DNA of 64,000 nt from a virus (taxonomy: Duplodnaviria; Caudoviricetes), in the IMG/VR virus record IMGVR_UViG_3300014208_000002, positions 128,001 through 192,000 of that record, one strand, 5' to 3'. The notes beneath the pieces were generated by a model. It was not told where the DNA came from. It made no database searches and worked only from the letters and a program-made list of their open reading frames with translations. Position numbers and translations under genes: made by a program. Below, one piece after another: positions 37,293 to 46,552 of this stretch. Each line of letters begins with the position of its first letter. Position 1 is the first letter of the stretch.

Positions 37293-38765
37293 ATGAGAAA
37301 GGATGCACTTAATGAAGCTGTAATCCGTGAGGATGCTTCTCAGAGAATGCAGGAAGTCAACCATATTGGTGACCGCCTTGTAGAAAAGTGGAGTCGCAAG
37401 AAGAATCTTGGCGAGGGCCTTGACAAGATGTATACCGAAGATCGCCGAAGGGCACGGAATACAGCTATCGTTCTTGAGAATCAGGAAAAGTATCTCAAGA
37501 GGCTGACTGAAGCTCAGATTTCTTCTGACTTTGCCACTACTCCCATCAATGTTCTTCGGGTAATCCGCCTTGGATACCCCAATTCAGTTCGTGGAGATAT
37601 TTTCCATGAGTTCGCAATGACCACAGCCCGAGATAGCGTTTACTACCTCAAGCCTGTTTATGAGTCTTCTGCTCGTGGCGCAACTGCCGCTAATGTTACT
37701 TATGAGAATCCTTCTGATAGGTACTTCTCTGAGTATGAGAGGGAAGTTCCTACACAGACCCCCAACGGTGGAACTACTACTTTTACTGGTGCTACTGGTG
37801 GAAATCTCGGAAAGATTCCTCTTCGTCCCTTTACGGTTCGTATCATCGTTGATGGCGTAACTGTTGGTAATGATAATGGCGCTGGTGGATTTACGACAAC
37901 TGCTCTGCTTACCCAGGCTTCTTGTACGATTAACTATACCTCTGGTGCAATCTCCATCGTGTTCGCTTCCGCTCCTGCTACTGGAACGACAATTTACTTT
38001 GAGTATGCCTTTGACTCTGAAGTGTACGGCGCTCTTAGCTCTGGACAGGGATATGACAATATCAAGTCCGTGAAGCTGACTCTTACCGACTACAACTTCC
38101 GTGCAAGGCCCTGGCCGCTCTATGTTTCCTGGAGCAAGATGACTGAGTTGCTTCTTGGAACGACTCTGGACATTGACGCTGAGGAAAGCTTACTTCGTGG
38201 CGCTGGTGATGAGTTAAAGAAATCACTTGACTATCAGGCCGTAAGACTCGGTTATTCCTATGCTAAGGCACAGAATACCGTAACCTTCAACGCTGACTTC
38301 GCCGCCGCTGGTGCTGACTCTGCAAAGGATCATGCACAGTCCCTTACCCGGACCATCGCACAGGCTGAGAAGGTAATTTACAACGCTCTACAGAGGGGCG
38401 GAATTACTAACCTCGTTGCTGGTACTGATGTTGCTTCTTACCTTACTCTCCATGATCGGTTCACAGAGGAAGGTTCAATGCCCAAGATTGGTGTGTATCG
38501 CATTGGTACTCTGCTTGGTATCCCCGTATATCAGGCCCCGACCGATGTTATCCCTGCCAACGAAATGTTTGGTGTATGGCGCAATGAGCAGGAAATGAAC
38601 GATGTGGCTATTGCCTTCGGCGTTCTCGTTCCTCTCTACCAGACTCAGACCCTTGAGTTCAAGGAAGCCTACAAGACCTCTGGTCTGTATTACTTCGGGG
38701 ACCAAAAGGTACTTAACAGTCAATACCTCGTCAACATCACAATTCAGGGTTTAACGGCTACCTGA
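37293..38765 (+). CDS. Major capsid protein, T4 gp23-like
   Basis: LVEKWS, NTAIVLENQ, LTE-A processing-like site, VIRLGYPNSV, FAMT...VYYLKPVY, GVYRIGTL; biased codon usage. Confidence 0.9.
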   Translation: MRKDALNEAVIREDASQRMQEVNHIGDRLVEKWSRKKNLGEGLDKMYTEDRRRARNTAIVLENQEKYLKRLTEAQISSDFATTPINVLRVIRLGYPNSVRGDIFHEFAMTTARDSVYYLKPVYESSARGATAANVTYENPSDRYFSEYEREVPTQTPNGGTTTFTGATGGNLGKIPLRPFTVRIIVDGVTVGNDNGAGGFTTTALLTQASCTINYTSGAISIVFASAPATGTTIYFEYAFDSEVYGALSSGQGYDNIKSVKLTLTDYNFRARPWPLYVSWSKMTELLLGTTLDIDAEESLLRGAGDELKKSLDYQAVRLGYSYAKAQNTVTFNADFAAAGADSAKDHAQSLTRTIAQAEKVIYNALQRGGITNLVAGTDVASYLTLHDRFTEEGSMPKIGVYRIGTLLGIPVYQAPTDVIPANEMFGVWRNEQEMNDVAIAFGVLVPLYQTQTLEFKEAYKTSGLYYFGDQKVLNSQYLVNITIQGLTAT

Positions 38766-38791
38766 TAATTCATTACTGTAAAAAGACTTAT

Positions 38792-38822
38792 AAAAGCACT
38801 CCAGCAATGGGGTGCTTTTTTA
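38792..38822 (+). terminator. Rho-independent terminator after MCP
   Basis: AAAAGCACTCCA-GCAA-TGGGGTGCTTTTTT. Confidence 0.9.
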
Positions 38823-38851
38823 TTGCTTGAAGGTATTTCAAAATTATATTA

Positions 38852-38859
38852 TACTAATA
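38852..38859 (+). promoter_or_regulatory. TACTAATA motif, 4 nt before ATG
   Basis: Exact motif; overlaps a possible TTGAAG-17-TATACT promoter. Confidence 0.6.
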
Positions 38860-38863
38860 TCGT

Positions 38864-39514
38864 ATGAATATACATGAAATCCGTTATCAAAAATTTATTA
38901 AGTCTCGAAAAGATAGAACAATTCCAAAGGATTCTATTATTGAAAAACATCATATTATTCCAAAATCTTTAGGTGGGGATAATTCAAAAGAAAATCTAAT
39001 TAAACTTACAGCGAAGGAACACTTCATTGCTCATCTAATTCTTTGGAAAGCTTATGGAGGAAAAATGGCTCAAGCATTTTTTATGATGAATCAAAGAAAT
39101 ACTACAAGTGGAAAATATGAGGGTAAACTAACTTCCAGACAGTACAGTCGTTTAAGAGAGGATCATTCTATATATCGTAAAAAATTTCAGCATAAAGAAG
39201 AGTCTAAAAAGAAAACAAGTGCTTCAATGATAGGCGTTTCAAAGTCTCAATCTCATAGAGAAAATATAGCAAAAGCTAGAAAAGGTACTCATACTTCCGA
39301 TGAAGTTAAAAAGATTCTTTCTGAATCTCATAAAGGAAAAAAACTCTCTCCTGAATCCATTGCTAAACGAACAGAAACAAGACGAAAAAATGGAATTAAG
39401 AAACAATATAATAGAAAGCCTTATTCTCCCGAGGAAAAAGCTTTAATTGGGCAAAAAATATCTGAATCTAATAAAAAACGATGGGCTAAAATAAAACAAA
39501 CCTCCAGTCAATAA
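38864..39514 (+). CDS. HNH homing endonuclease with NUMOD3 repeats
   Basis: EKHHIIPKSLGG...NLIKLTAKEHFIAH; close paralogue of 27590..28363. Confidence 0.9.
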   Translation: MNIHEIRYQKFIKSRKDRTIPKDSIIEKHHIIPKSLGGDNSKENLIKLTAKEHFIAHLILWKAYGGKMAQAFFMMNQRNTTSGKYEGKLTSRQYSRLREDHSIYRKKFQHKEESKKKTSASMIGVSKSQSHRENIAKARKGTHTSDEVKKILSESHKGKKLSPESIAKRTETRRKNGIKKQYNRKPYSPEEKALIGQKISESNKKRWAKIKQTSSQ

Positions 39515-39527
39515 ATCCTTTTTTACT

Positions 39528-39535
39528 TACTAATA
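39528..39535 (+). promoter_or_regulatory. TACTAATA motif
   Basis: Exact motif, intergenic. Confidence 0.6.
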
Positions 39536-39577
39536 TAATAGAAATAAGTCTTTTCTAATAAAAAGAGAGGAAAAGGT

Positions 39578-40312
39578 ATGTCTTTAACTATTGCAGACTC
39601 TATATATAATCGTATCATGGCTTCGGTTGGCTTTCCAATTGTGAATGAAGATGACCTTGGAGTAAATAAAGATTTCGTAAAAGAAACACTTATTCTTCCA
39701 GCTATGATGTATTACTATAAGTTTTTTCCTATTCGTAGCAAAGTAATTTACTCAGTGGATATGAGTTGGGAAGTACCCTTCCCGGATTCTAATACAATCG
39801 GGGTACTTTCCTGTCGAATGAATTCAAATGTTTTAGGTGGTGGTACTCATGTTCAAAATCCTTTAATAAATGAACAAAATATTACTATTGCCACTTCAGG
39901 CGGTTCACGGGGAATGTGGGGTACGCAAAATGATTATGGTATGACCGCCGCACGAACGATGCGTTCAAATGAAAGACAAGGCATTATTGAAAACGCACGG
40001 ACATTTAGATACCAGACGAATGAAAATACAAGAGTAGTAGAAGGATTTACAAATATATTTGGTCGTCTTGAAATAGAGTGGGCAAAGATGAGTGAAAACT
40101 TTGCGGATATATCATTTCGGCGTCAAGAAGAAGTAATCATGCTTGCGAAAGCTTATGTATGTGAATACTTCGGAGGATTACGAAAGCAAGCAACTTCAAG
40201 TCTACCAACTGAAATGACTGGTGATGATCTAATCGAGCAAGCAGATAAATGGAGAGAGAAAGTAGAAACACTCTGGCAAGAATTTACAAAAGTTGCAATT
40301 CAGAGAGGCTAA
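39578..40312 (+). CDS. Neck/head-completion protein, gp13-like
   Basis: Position after MCP; AMMYYYKFFP, LAKAYVCEYFGGLRK, GDDLIEQA pattern. Confidence 0.55.
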   Translation: MSLTIADSIYNRIMASVGFPIVNEDDLGVNKDFVKETLILPAMMYYYKFFPIRSKVIYSVDMSWEVPFPDSNTIGVLSCRMNSNVLGGGTHVQNPLINEQNITIATSGGSRGMWGTQNDYGMTAARTMRSNERQGIIENARTFRYQTNENTRVVEGFTNIFGRLEIEWAKMSENFADISFRRQEEVIMLAKAYVCEYFGGLRKQATSSLPTEMTGDDLIEQADKWREKVETLWQEFTKVAIQRG

Positions 40313-40315
40313 ATC

Positions 40316-40735
40316 ATGCGAATAATTAAAGAAGATGCTATATCAAAACTCACAGATAAAAAAATAGTTGATGAGATTGTTTCCTTTATTAAATCTAACC
40401 CCTTTCCTCTTGACCATGAACAATTCCATAAACATTTTGAAGACTTGGGTTATGAAGAAACTGGAGATATAGAACAGTATGCGTATGCTATGCTTTCTGT
40501 AATATTAACGGGTGGCGCATCTAAAGGAAAGACTATAAAAGCGAGTAAGGAAAATATAGCAATTGGAAAGAAAATTGAAACTGAGCATGTTTCTACTGGA
40601 ATAGATAACGAAGTAATCAAATATATAGAAAGCATTTTTGGTGATAAAATTATGTTTGACCATCTATCTGAGACTGACTCCTATTATACTGATGGCGTTG
40701 ATTTTAAAAAAGAATTAAAAGACGAGGATAAGTAA
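40316..40735 (+). CDS. Candidate head-internal protein (MRIIKE leader)
   Basis: 139 aa; IGKKIETEH...IMFDHLSE..YY segment. Confidence 0.65.
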   Translation: MRIIKEDAISKLTDKKIVDEIVSFIKSNPFPLDHEQFHKHFEDLGYEETGDIEQYAYAMLSVILTGGASKGKTIKASKENIAIGKKIETEHVSTGIDNEVIKYIESIFGDKIMFDHLSETDSYYTDGVDFKKELKDEDK

Positions 40736-41472
40736 TGCTTTTTATCCATGAAGACACAAACAAACAACGATTTAATATAGTAAAAGAATTTCATAAATAC
40801 AATAAACTAATATTTAATAATGAACTTGTTCTTGATTTTCCTCTTAGGTGGGGAAGCTTAAAACGATCAATGGGTTTAGTAAAATTTATTTCAGACGGAA
40901 GAACAAAAAGCCCTTTGAATGTAGTAAGTCTTACTCTATCAAATGTTTATGATTTCACTCCAGAAAATTTTCGGGACACTCTTATTCACGAAATGATTCA
41001 TGTTTATACAGTACAGCATCATGTTATTGAAAAACCCCATGGAAGAGAATTTACATTCTGGATGAATAAAATAAATAGAATGGGAGATTATCATATTACT
41101 CAAACTGAAGAAGGAGAACTACAAGTAAACTCCGATAGAAATGTAAAACCTGTTTATGCTTTTGTACAAGAAAGATTAGATGGAAAAAAATCACATGCAA
41201 TTATTAAATCTTATGTAAAAGGGGAAATCATTCTAAACTTAGACTTAGCTCACTGGTCCAGTAGAAAAAATTGTTCTATTGCTATATATAAGGTTACTAA
41301 TCCGAGAATGCTTATGTTTAAACAAGCTCGAAATCTTGATACATTAAAAGGACTTTTTAGTTTTAATTCCGCCTCTGAAGAAGAAAATTTTAATGAAATA
41401 CTCAAAACCAGCCCAAAAATTGATTATATTTTTGTAGACGAAAAAGGTCGTATCCAGAATTTATTAAAATAA
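40735..41472 (+). CDS. SprT-like zinc metalloprotease
   Basis: TLIHEMIHVY...HGREF. Confidence 0.8.
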   Translation: MLFIHEDTNKQRFNIVKEFHKYNKLIFNNELVLDFPLRWGSLKRSMGLVKFISDGRTKSPLNVVSLTLSNVYDFTPENFRDTLIHEMIHVYTVQHHVIEKPHGREFTFWMNKINRMGDYHITQTEEGELQVNSDRNVKPVYAFVQERLDGKKSHAIIKSYVKGEIILNLDLAHWSSRKNCSIAIYKVTNPRMLMFKQARNLDTLKGLFSFNSASEEENFNEILKTSPKIDYIFVDEKGRIQNLLK

Positions 41473-41473
41473 T

Positions 41474-41481
41474 TACTAATA
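41474..41481 (+). promoter_or_regulatory. TACTAATA motif
   Basis: Exact motif, intergenic. Confidence 0.6.
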
Positions 41482-41501
41482 AGATATAAAAAGGATATTA
41501 T

Positions 41502-41765
41502 ATGAAACTTATCAAAGAATCTGGTGGTATAACTAAAGTAATTGCATTACATACGAAAAAAGGAATAGAAGAAATTGAGAACACAAGCTTTCTTAAAGAT
41601 GTATACCCTAAAATAAAAGGTAAAGACATAGATGTTTACTTATATCGTTATGATTCTGGTCCTCTTGGTATTGGGGTGATATTTACATCTAAAGCCTATA
41701 TAGGAAATGCTAAAAATAACCTAACAGCAGATGACTATTATAGAGCTTATGATGAAATAATATAA
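41502..41765 (+). CDS. Candidate head-internal protein (MKLIKE leader)
   Basis: 87 aa. Confidence 0.65.
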   Translation: MKLIKESGGITKVIALHTKKGIEEIENTSFLKDVYPKIKGKDIDVYLYRYDSGPLGIGVIFTSKAYIGNAKNNLTADDYYRAYDEII

Positions 41766-41790
41766 ATAATAAAAGTATAAGGAGTCAGTT

Positions 41791-42504
41791 ATGTTTTATA
41801 TGAAAGAGACAAGAAAGTTTGTTATTGATAATAAACAATTAGAGGATGCATTTCCTGAACTATATAAGGCTTATAGAAATACTTTTGGCAGTCAGCGTCC
41901 GAAGATTGATGTAGATACTACAGAAGATTATTTATTTAGTGCAGAGATTCAAGATGGTCGGTCTGATTACTTTAAAGATGAGGTTTATTTTATTTTTAAT
42001 AATGGACGGGTTATTGAGTTTGATTCTTCTGATGAATCTTCTGCTAACGAAGCTCTTGCCGCAAAGCTGAAGGGAAAATATCATCTAACACCTAATGACG
42101 CTGTACTTGAATGTCATACTGGATATGCAAAGTATTGTACCCTCGTCGTTCATCCTTCTTTTATCAACCAGCAAATGCTCCCTAATAATTCCACTAATGA
42201 CATTACACTCTCCGAACAGTATGCTCTAATTCTAATAGCATCTTATATTTCCGCCGCACGATTTAAGAATTTTGTACACCCCTATACTTATAGAGATGAA
42301 GTTTCTATGGATGGCTGGAAATGTAATGAAAAAGAGCTAAAGAAAGATATCAAAGACCATACTCCTAATAACAACTATAAGGAAGCATGGGAAAATGTTT
42401 GTAAAGCTTTACAAGCTAAAGGATATGTAAAGATTTCTTCAAATGGTTCAGTAGCAATAACGATGAACGGAAAAAATAGGGCAATTGCCTTAAAGGGGAG
42501 ATAA
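41791..42504 (+). CDS. Hypothetical protein (MFYMKE leader)
   Basis: 237 aa, RBS AAGGAG, wHTH-like C-terminus. Confidence 0.65.
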   Translation: MFYMKETRKFVIDNKQLEDAFPELYKAYRNTFGSQRPKIDVDTTEDYLFSAEIQDGRSDYFKDEVYFIFNNGRVIEFDSSDESSANEALAAKLKGKYHLTPNDAVLECHTGYAKYCTLVVHPSFINQQMLPNNSTNDITLSEQYALILIASYISAARFKNFVHPYTYRDEVSMDGWKCNEKELKKDIKDHTPNNNYKEAWENVCKALQAKGYVKISSNGSVAITMNGKNRAIALKGR

Positions 42505-42737
42505 TGAAAAAGCCATGGTATGACCCTAAAGACCCAAAAACAATTTCTATTGAAAAAAGACTAGATTTGTTTTGTAAAGAATTAGAAAAACTTTCATTAA
42601 AATATGATATTACTGTATATAGCAACGATGGTTTACGCTATTATGATGAAGGAGCATTAAACTCTGTAGATTATGTAGCAGATTTAGAAGATAGAACCTT
42701 AGAATTTCATGTAGGGATTACTCCCCACAATGCGTAA
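42504..42737 (+). CDS. Hypothetical protein
   Basis: 77 aa. Confidence 0.55.
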   Translation: MKKPWYDPKDPKTISIEKRLDLFCKELEKLSLKYDITVYSNDGLRYYDEGALNSVDYVADLEDRTLEFHVGITPHNA

Positions 42738-42758
42738 GGGTTTATATAGGAGAAAAGT

Positions 42759-43367
42759 ATGCGCTATTTAAAAGAAGAGTTTATGTATAATGATCTATCT
42801 CCTCAAGAGCAAAAAGAGCTTTATGATGAGTTCAAAAAGTCCTATGAAGATGCAGTAGGAAAGTCTTGGGACGAACATACTTTTCTCTCTCGTTCACGAA
42901 ATTGGACATTCTATGGCAAAGCTTCTGGCGGCGTTGCTGTTAGAAAGCAAAACTCCGGCTTGATTAAATTTGTTGCCGCATTTGGTAATCCTATGACAGT
43001 TGCTAAAGGACTTATGGAATTACTTTCTTCAGAAAAAGGAAAATCTATTTGGGGAGCAATGAGTCTCAAGTTATGTGAAATGCTTGAACGATTTTCTCAT
43101 AAAGAGTTTAAGCGTCCACCTGTACTTGTAATAAAGATGCTTGCTAAATATGCTCAAAAAGCATTTGGTGATAACAAGATTCAAAAGGTAGACAAGGACG
43201 GTGGAATAATTATTGACATGGTTGGTGGTATTGGGCTGACAAAGAAATTTTTTATTGCAAATAAAGCATATTATAAATGGATTTTAGATACTGGAATGGA
43301 TCGTTGGGATGCTCCCGCAATAGTGAAGATTCCTGTTAAAGCCGCATTAGGGTTATTGATAAAATAG
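42759..43367 (+). CDS. Candidate head-internal protein (MRYLKE leader)
   Basis: 202 aa, RBS AGGAG. Confidence 0.65.
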   Translation: MRYLKEEFMYNDLSPQEQKELYDEFKKSYEDAVGKSWDEHTFLSRSRNWTFYGKASGGVAVRKQNSGLIKFVAAFGNPMTVAKGLMELLSSEKGKSIWGAMSLKLCEMLERFSHKEFKRPPVLVIKMLAKYAQKAFGDNKIQKVDKDGGIIIDMVGGIGLTKKFFIANKAYYKWILDTGMDRWDAPAIVKIPVKAALGLLIK

Positions 43368-43375
43368 AGGTTATA

Positions 43376-44773
43376 ATGATTCGACTTAAATCATTTCAAG
43401 AAGAAATTATTTCCTCAAGTCAGGCTGTATGTTATCATAGAACGCAAACAAAAAACTTAATTTCAATAATTAAGGATGTAGGCTTTGCCCCTGGTAAAGG
43501 TGGTGGAGCAATGTATGGCGCAGGATTCTATTTTACTTATGACCTTGAATCTCAAATGAATCCTCACATGGAAGGTTTCGGCCCATATATAATTAAAGCA
43601 AAAGTACCCCTAAAAGGCTTTTTGATTTTTGACAAAGAGGTGGCGGAAAAGGTTTATGGGAATTCTTGGGATATTCCAGACCAATTAAACCTTATCACGA
43701 AGCCCTATATAAAATTACTCGGAGGAGCTTCTACAATAAAAGCTAAGGAAATTTACCAAAAAAATTACGATATAGAATGGTTGGACGACTTTAATCTTCT
43801 TAAAAAAGCGATAGCCGCAATAAATAAATTCAAAGCCCCGGATGGAGAAGTTATATTTAGGACTACAGATGGAAAGCAATCTTATAAAGTTCCAATAAAA
43901 GCTATTATAAATGATTCTGATGATATAGTATTAACTAATAATGATATAGTTGCTACTGGTATTAAAATTCCAATTGAAATAGTTAAACAAGTTTATTTAC
44001 AAACCAATAAAATTAACTTTGGATTTGAAGACTATTCTATAAAAGATGCTCCTTATCCTTCTTCTAAACTTGCTATAGACTTTTATCAAACTTTTGCTCA
44101 GTTTCCTTGGTATAAAGATATAAAGGGTCTTATGTATGAAGGACAAAAAGACGGCAAGTGTGTAGTAGTTTACGATTATAAAAATGTAATTCCCTTATCT
44201 GTACAATATCCTCCTACAATTTCTTTTTGGCCTAAAGATGACTTTAGAGCTTTTGTAAAAAAGATAGAATCAATCTTTACTGAAAAAGAATTAGACTATG
44301 TATTCCCATTTAAGTCAGGAGAGTCTATATCTAAAATAACTTCATTAGAGGATATTTTATTTGATCGTGGTTTTGCTTATCATGTTCCACACGAAAAAGA
44401 TTTTGAATTATTCTTCCCCAAAGAACGAGTAGAAGAATTAAGAAAAACTATGGATAAATATAATGTAACTGAAGCATCCTTTTTGGATATTATACAAGTA
44501 TATGCAAGAATAGCTTATCTTCGCTCTATAAATAAATCCGAGGAAATGAAAGATGATTATACCGTAATAAATATTGATTATTTTGATGATGATAGAGAAT
44601 TTGCGGTTAATGCTAAAGAATCAATAAAGTTTATGTATGAAACACAATATAAAATAAACGATTTCATGGGGAAAGACTATATGTTAGTAAAGAAAGAAGA
44701 GGGTGAGTGGAAAAAATTAGACCTTGATACCCTAAAACATTTTATAAAACATGGTATTAAAAAGGGAGCATAA
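43376..44773 (+). CDS. ADP-ribosyltransferase-like protein (PARP-type YH-T / YGxGxY motifs)
   Basis: VCYHRT...GGAMYGAGFYFTYD; later GLMYEGQKDGKCVVVY. Confidence 0.5.
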   Translation: MIRLKSFQEEIISSSQAVCYHRTQTKNLISIIKDVGFAPGKGGGAMYGAGFYFTYDLESQMNPHMEGFGPYIIKAKVPLKGFLIFDKEVAEKVYGNSWDIPDQLNLITKPYIKLLGGASTIKAKEIYQKNYDIEWLDDFNLLKKAIAAINKFKAPDGEVIFRTTDGKQSYKVPIKAIINDSDDIVLTNNDIVATGIKIPIEIVKQVYLQTNKINFGFEDYSIKDAPYPSSKLAIDFYQTFAQFPWYKDIKGLMYEGQKDGKCVVVYDYKNVIPLSVQYPPTISFWPKDDFRAFVKKIESIFTEKELDYVFPFKSGESISKITSLEDILFDRGFAYHVPHEKDFELFFPKERVEELRKTMDKYNVTEASFLDIIQVYARIAYLRSINKSEEMKDDYTVINIDYFDDDREFAVNAKESIKFMYETQYKINDFMGKDYMLVKKEEGEWKKLDLDTLKHFIKHGIKKGA

Positions 44774-45670
44774 ATGATACGAATAAAAGAATCTTTAGCA
44801 GGGATAGTTTATCATACTACGGGAATAAATCGAATTGAGGAAATTCTCAAAACCAATGCGTTTTATTTAACGACCAGTGTTGGTACAAGCTCTGATGGTT
44901 TAGCAAAAGGATACTTTTACTATCTCTCTGTTTCCCGTGTGAAGTATGGTGGTTATGCTCGAAGCCTTTCTGATAGACAAGCTACTATAGTCTTGGACGG
45001 CGATAAGTTTAACCAACGCTACAAAGGGGTTGATGTTGATTACTGGGGATCAAACTGGAGACTTCAAAACGAACCTAACACCTCCATAGAACAAAGATAT
45101 AGTGCTGAAATGAGGAATAATGAAAATGAGGAGCGGCTTATAACAAATGATTCTGAAATTCCTAACGCTGTTAAATATATCAAAGAAATTCATATCTGTA
45201 TCGGAGACTTGAATGTAGGGCCAGATGCTTTAATAAGTTTGATTGGAAAAGAGGATAAGTTAGTAGACAGTATATCTCGAATAGGAAGAATAAATAGGGC
45301 ATACGGAATCCCCATATATTTTTATGATAATTTTTCTGCATACAAAACTCAGTTTAAGAAAAAAGCATTTATGACTTCTTTACAAAGAAGTAAAAGTTAC
45401 TATCTTGCAATTCTTGACTTATTGAACGCCGGTTCCTTATCTGCGCTCCCAAATGATTATCCTTATGACCGCCTTAAAGATTATTTATCAAGAGGGGAAG
45501 GAAAATGGAAAGAATTGATAGTTTCTGTCGGAAATGATATTCATAATGATAGAACCGACCCTCTATATAGAAAATATATAGCACAGTTTACTAATGAAAT
45601 GCGGAAGGCAAAATGTAAAGATTTAACTGAGTTTATTTTCTATCTTGGGAAGAAATTCGAGGATACATAA
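44774..45670 (+). CDS. ADP-ribosyltransferase-fold-like protein
   Basis: IVYHTT...IL, YLSVSR, ENEER pattern; MIRIKE leader. Confidence 0.45.
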   Translation: MIRIKESLAGIVYHTTGINRIEEILKTNAFYLTTSVGTSSDGLAKGYFYYLSVSRVKYGGYARSLSDRQATIVLDGDKFNQRYKGVDVDYWGSNWRLQNEPNTSIEQRYSAEMRNNENEERLITNDSEIPNAVKYIKEIHICIGDLNVGPDALISLIGKEDKLVDSISRIGRINRAYGIPIYFYDNFSAYKTQFKKKAFMTSLQRSKSYYLAILDLLNAGSLSALPNDYPYDRLKDYLSRGEGKWKELIVSVGNDIHNDRTDPLYRKYIAQFTNEMRKAKCKDLTEFIFYLGKKFEDT

Positions 45671-45672
45671 GA

Positions 45673-46542
45673 ATGAAAATCATTGAAGTAAAAAAGCCAG
45701 TACGGATTGAAGGGTATATCCTCGAAGAGTCTGATCTTATTCAACTTCTTGAAGCAGATGAATTATATCTTGACATAGAGCTTTATGAAGAATACTGCCA
45801 CTGGACAAAATCTACAGACTATGGACGAAAAATATATGAAGGAAGGATGAGCGACCTGTTATTAAAAGTAACCGAGTTTGTAAAAATGCTGGCAAATAAA
45901 TTGAATTGTAAAATAAGAGAGTTATTCAAGCTTCTAAAAGATAAGTTTGTATTTTCCTTTTTTCAAAACCTTGGGTGGAATTGGGATTCATTATTAAAAT
46001 TAGTTTCTGTAGCATCCTCTATTTTTACTACTATTATGAATCCTATTGGCGCAATTATCAATCTAATTTTTCCTGATTTAGTCGCAAAGACAACTACAAA
46101 ATTAAATGACCTAAAACAAATAAAAAATATGCGAGAGCGTATGAAGAAGTTTTCAGAGTGGGCTAAGAAAAATAAAAAGATACTTATGATTTCTGGCATT
46201 GCCTTTGCTGGATTATATTTGATAATTTGGCTTACAATGAATAATACAGGCGATGTAACCTACGATTTTGATATTTCTGATTTACTTGCCGCTCTTACTG
46301 GTAAAATAACTTTCTTTGACTGGGTTATGTCTGAGGATGGTTTTAGACAACTCATTCTCTTTGGGTTGGCTGTGGCTGGTATTGGTAATTCTGCTATTCT
46401 TGCTAACATAGCAACATCAGGAATACAGCTAACTGTCTCTCTGATAAGACTACTATTAGATAAGGCAAGAATAAAACTTCAAAAAGGAAAAGACAAAAAC
46501 CCCGATGAAGTTATTCACGATGAAGTAGCTGATTTAGTATAA
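45673..46542 (+). CDS. Membrane-associated protein with leader module
   Basis: MKIIEVKKPVRIEGYILEESDLIQLLE leader; two or three hydrophobic segments. Confidence 0.6.
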   Translation: MKIIEVKKPVRIEGYILEESDLIQLLEADELYLDIELYEEYCHWTKSTDYGRKIYEGRMSDLLLKVTEFVKMLANKLNCKIRELFKLLKDKFVFSFFQNLGWNWDSLLKLVSVASSIFTTIMNPIGAIINLIFPDLVAKTTTKLNDLKQIKNMRERMKKFSEWAKKNKKILMISGIAFAGLYLIIWLTMNNTGDVTYDFDISDLLAALTGKITFFDWVMSEDGFRQLILFGLAVAGIGNSAILANIATSGIQLTVSLIRLLLDKARIKLQKGKDKNPDEVIHDEVADLV

Positions 46543-46552
46543 AGGAATATGT

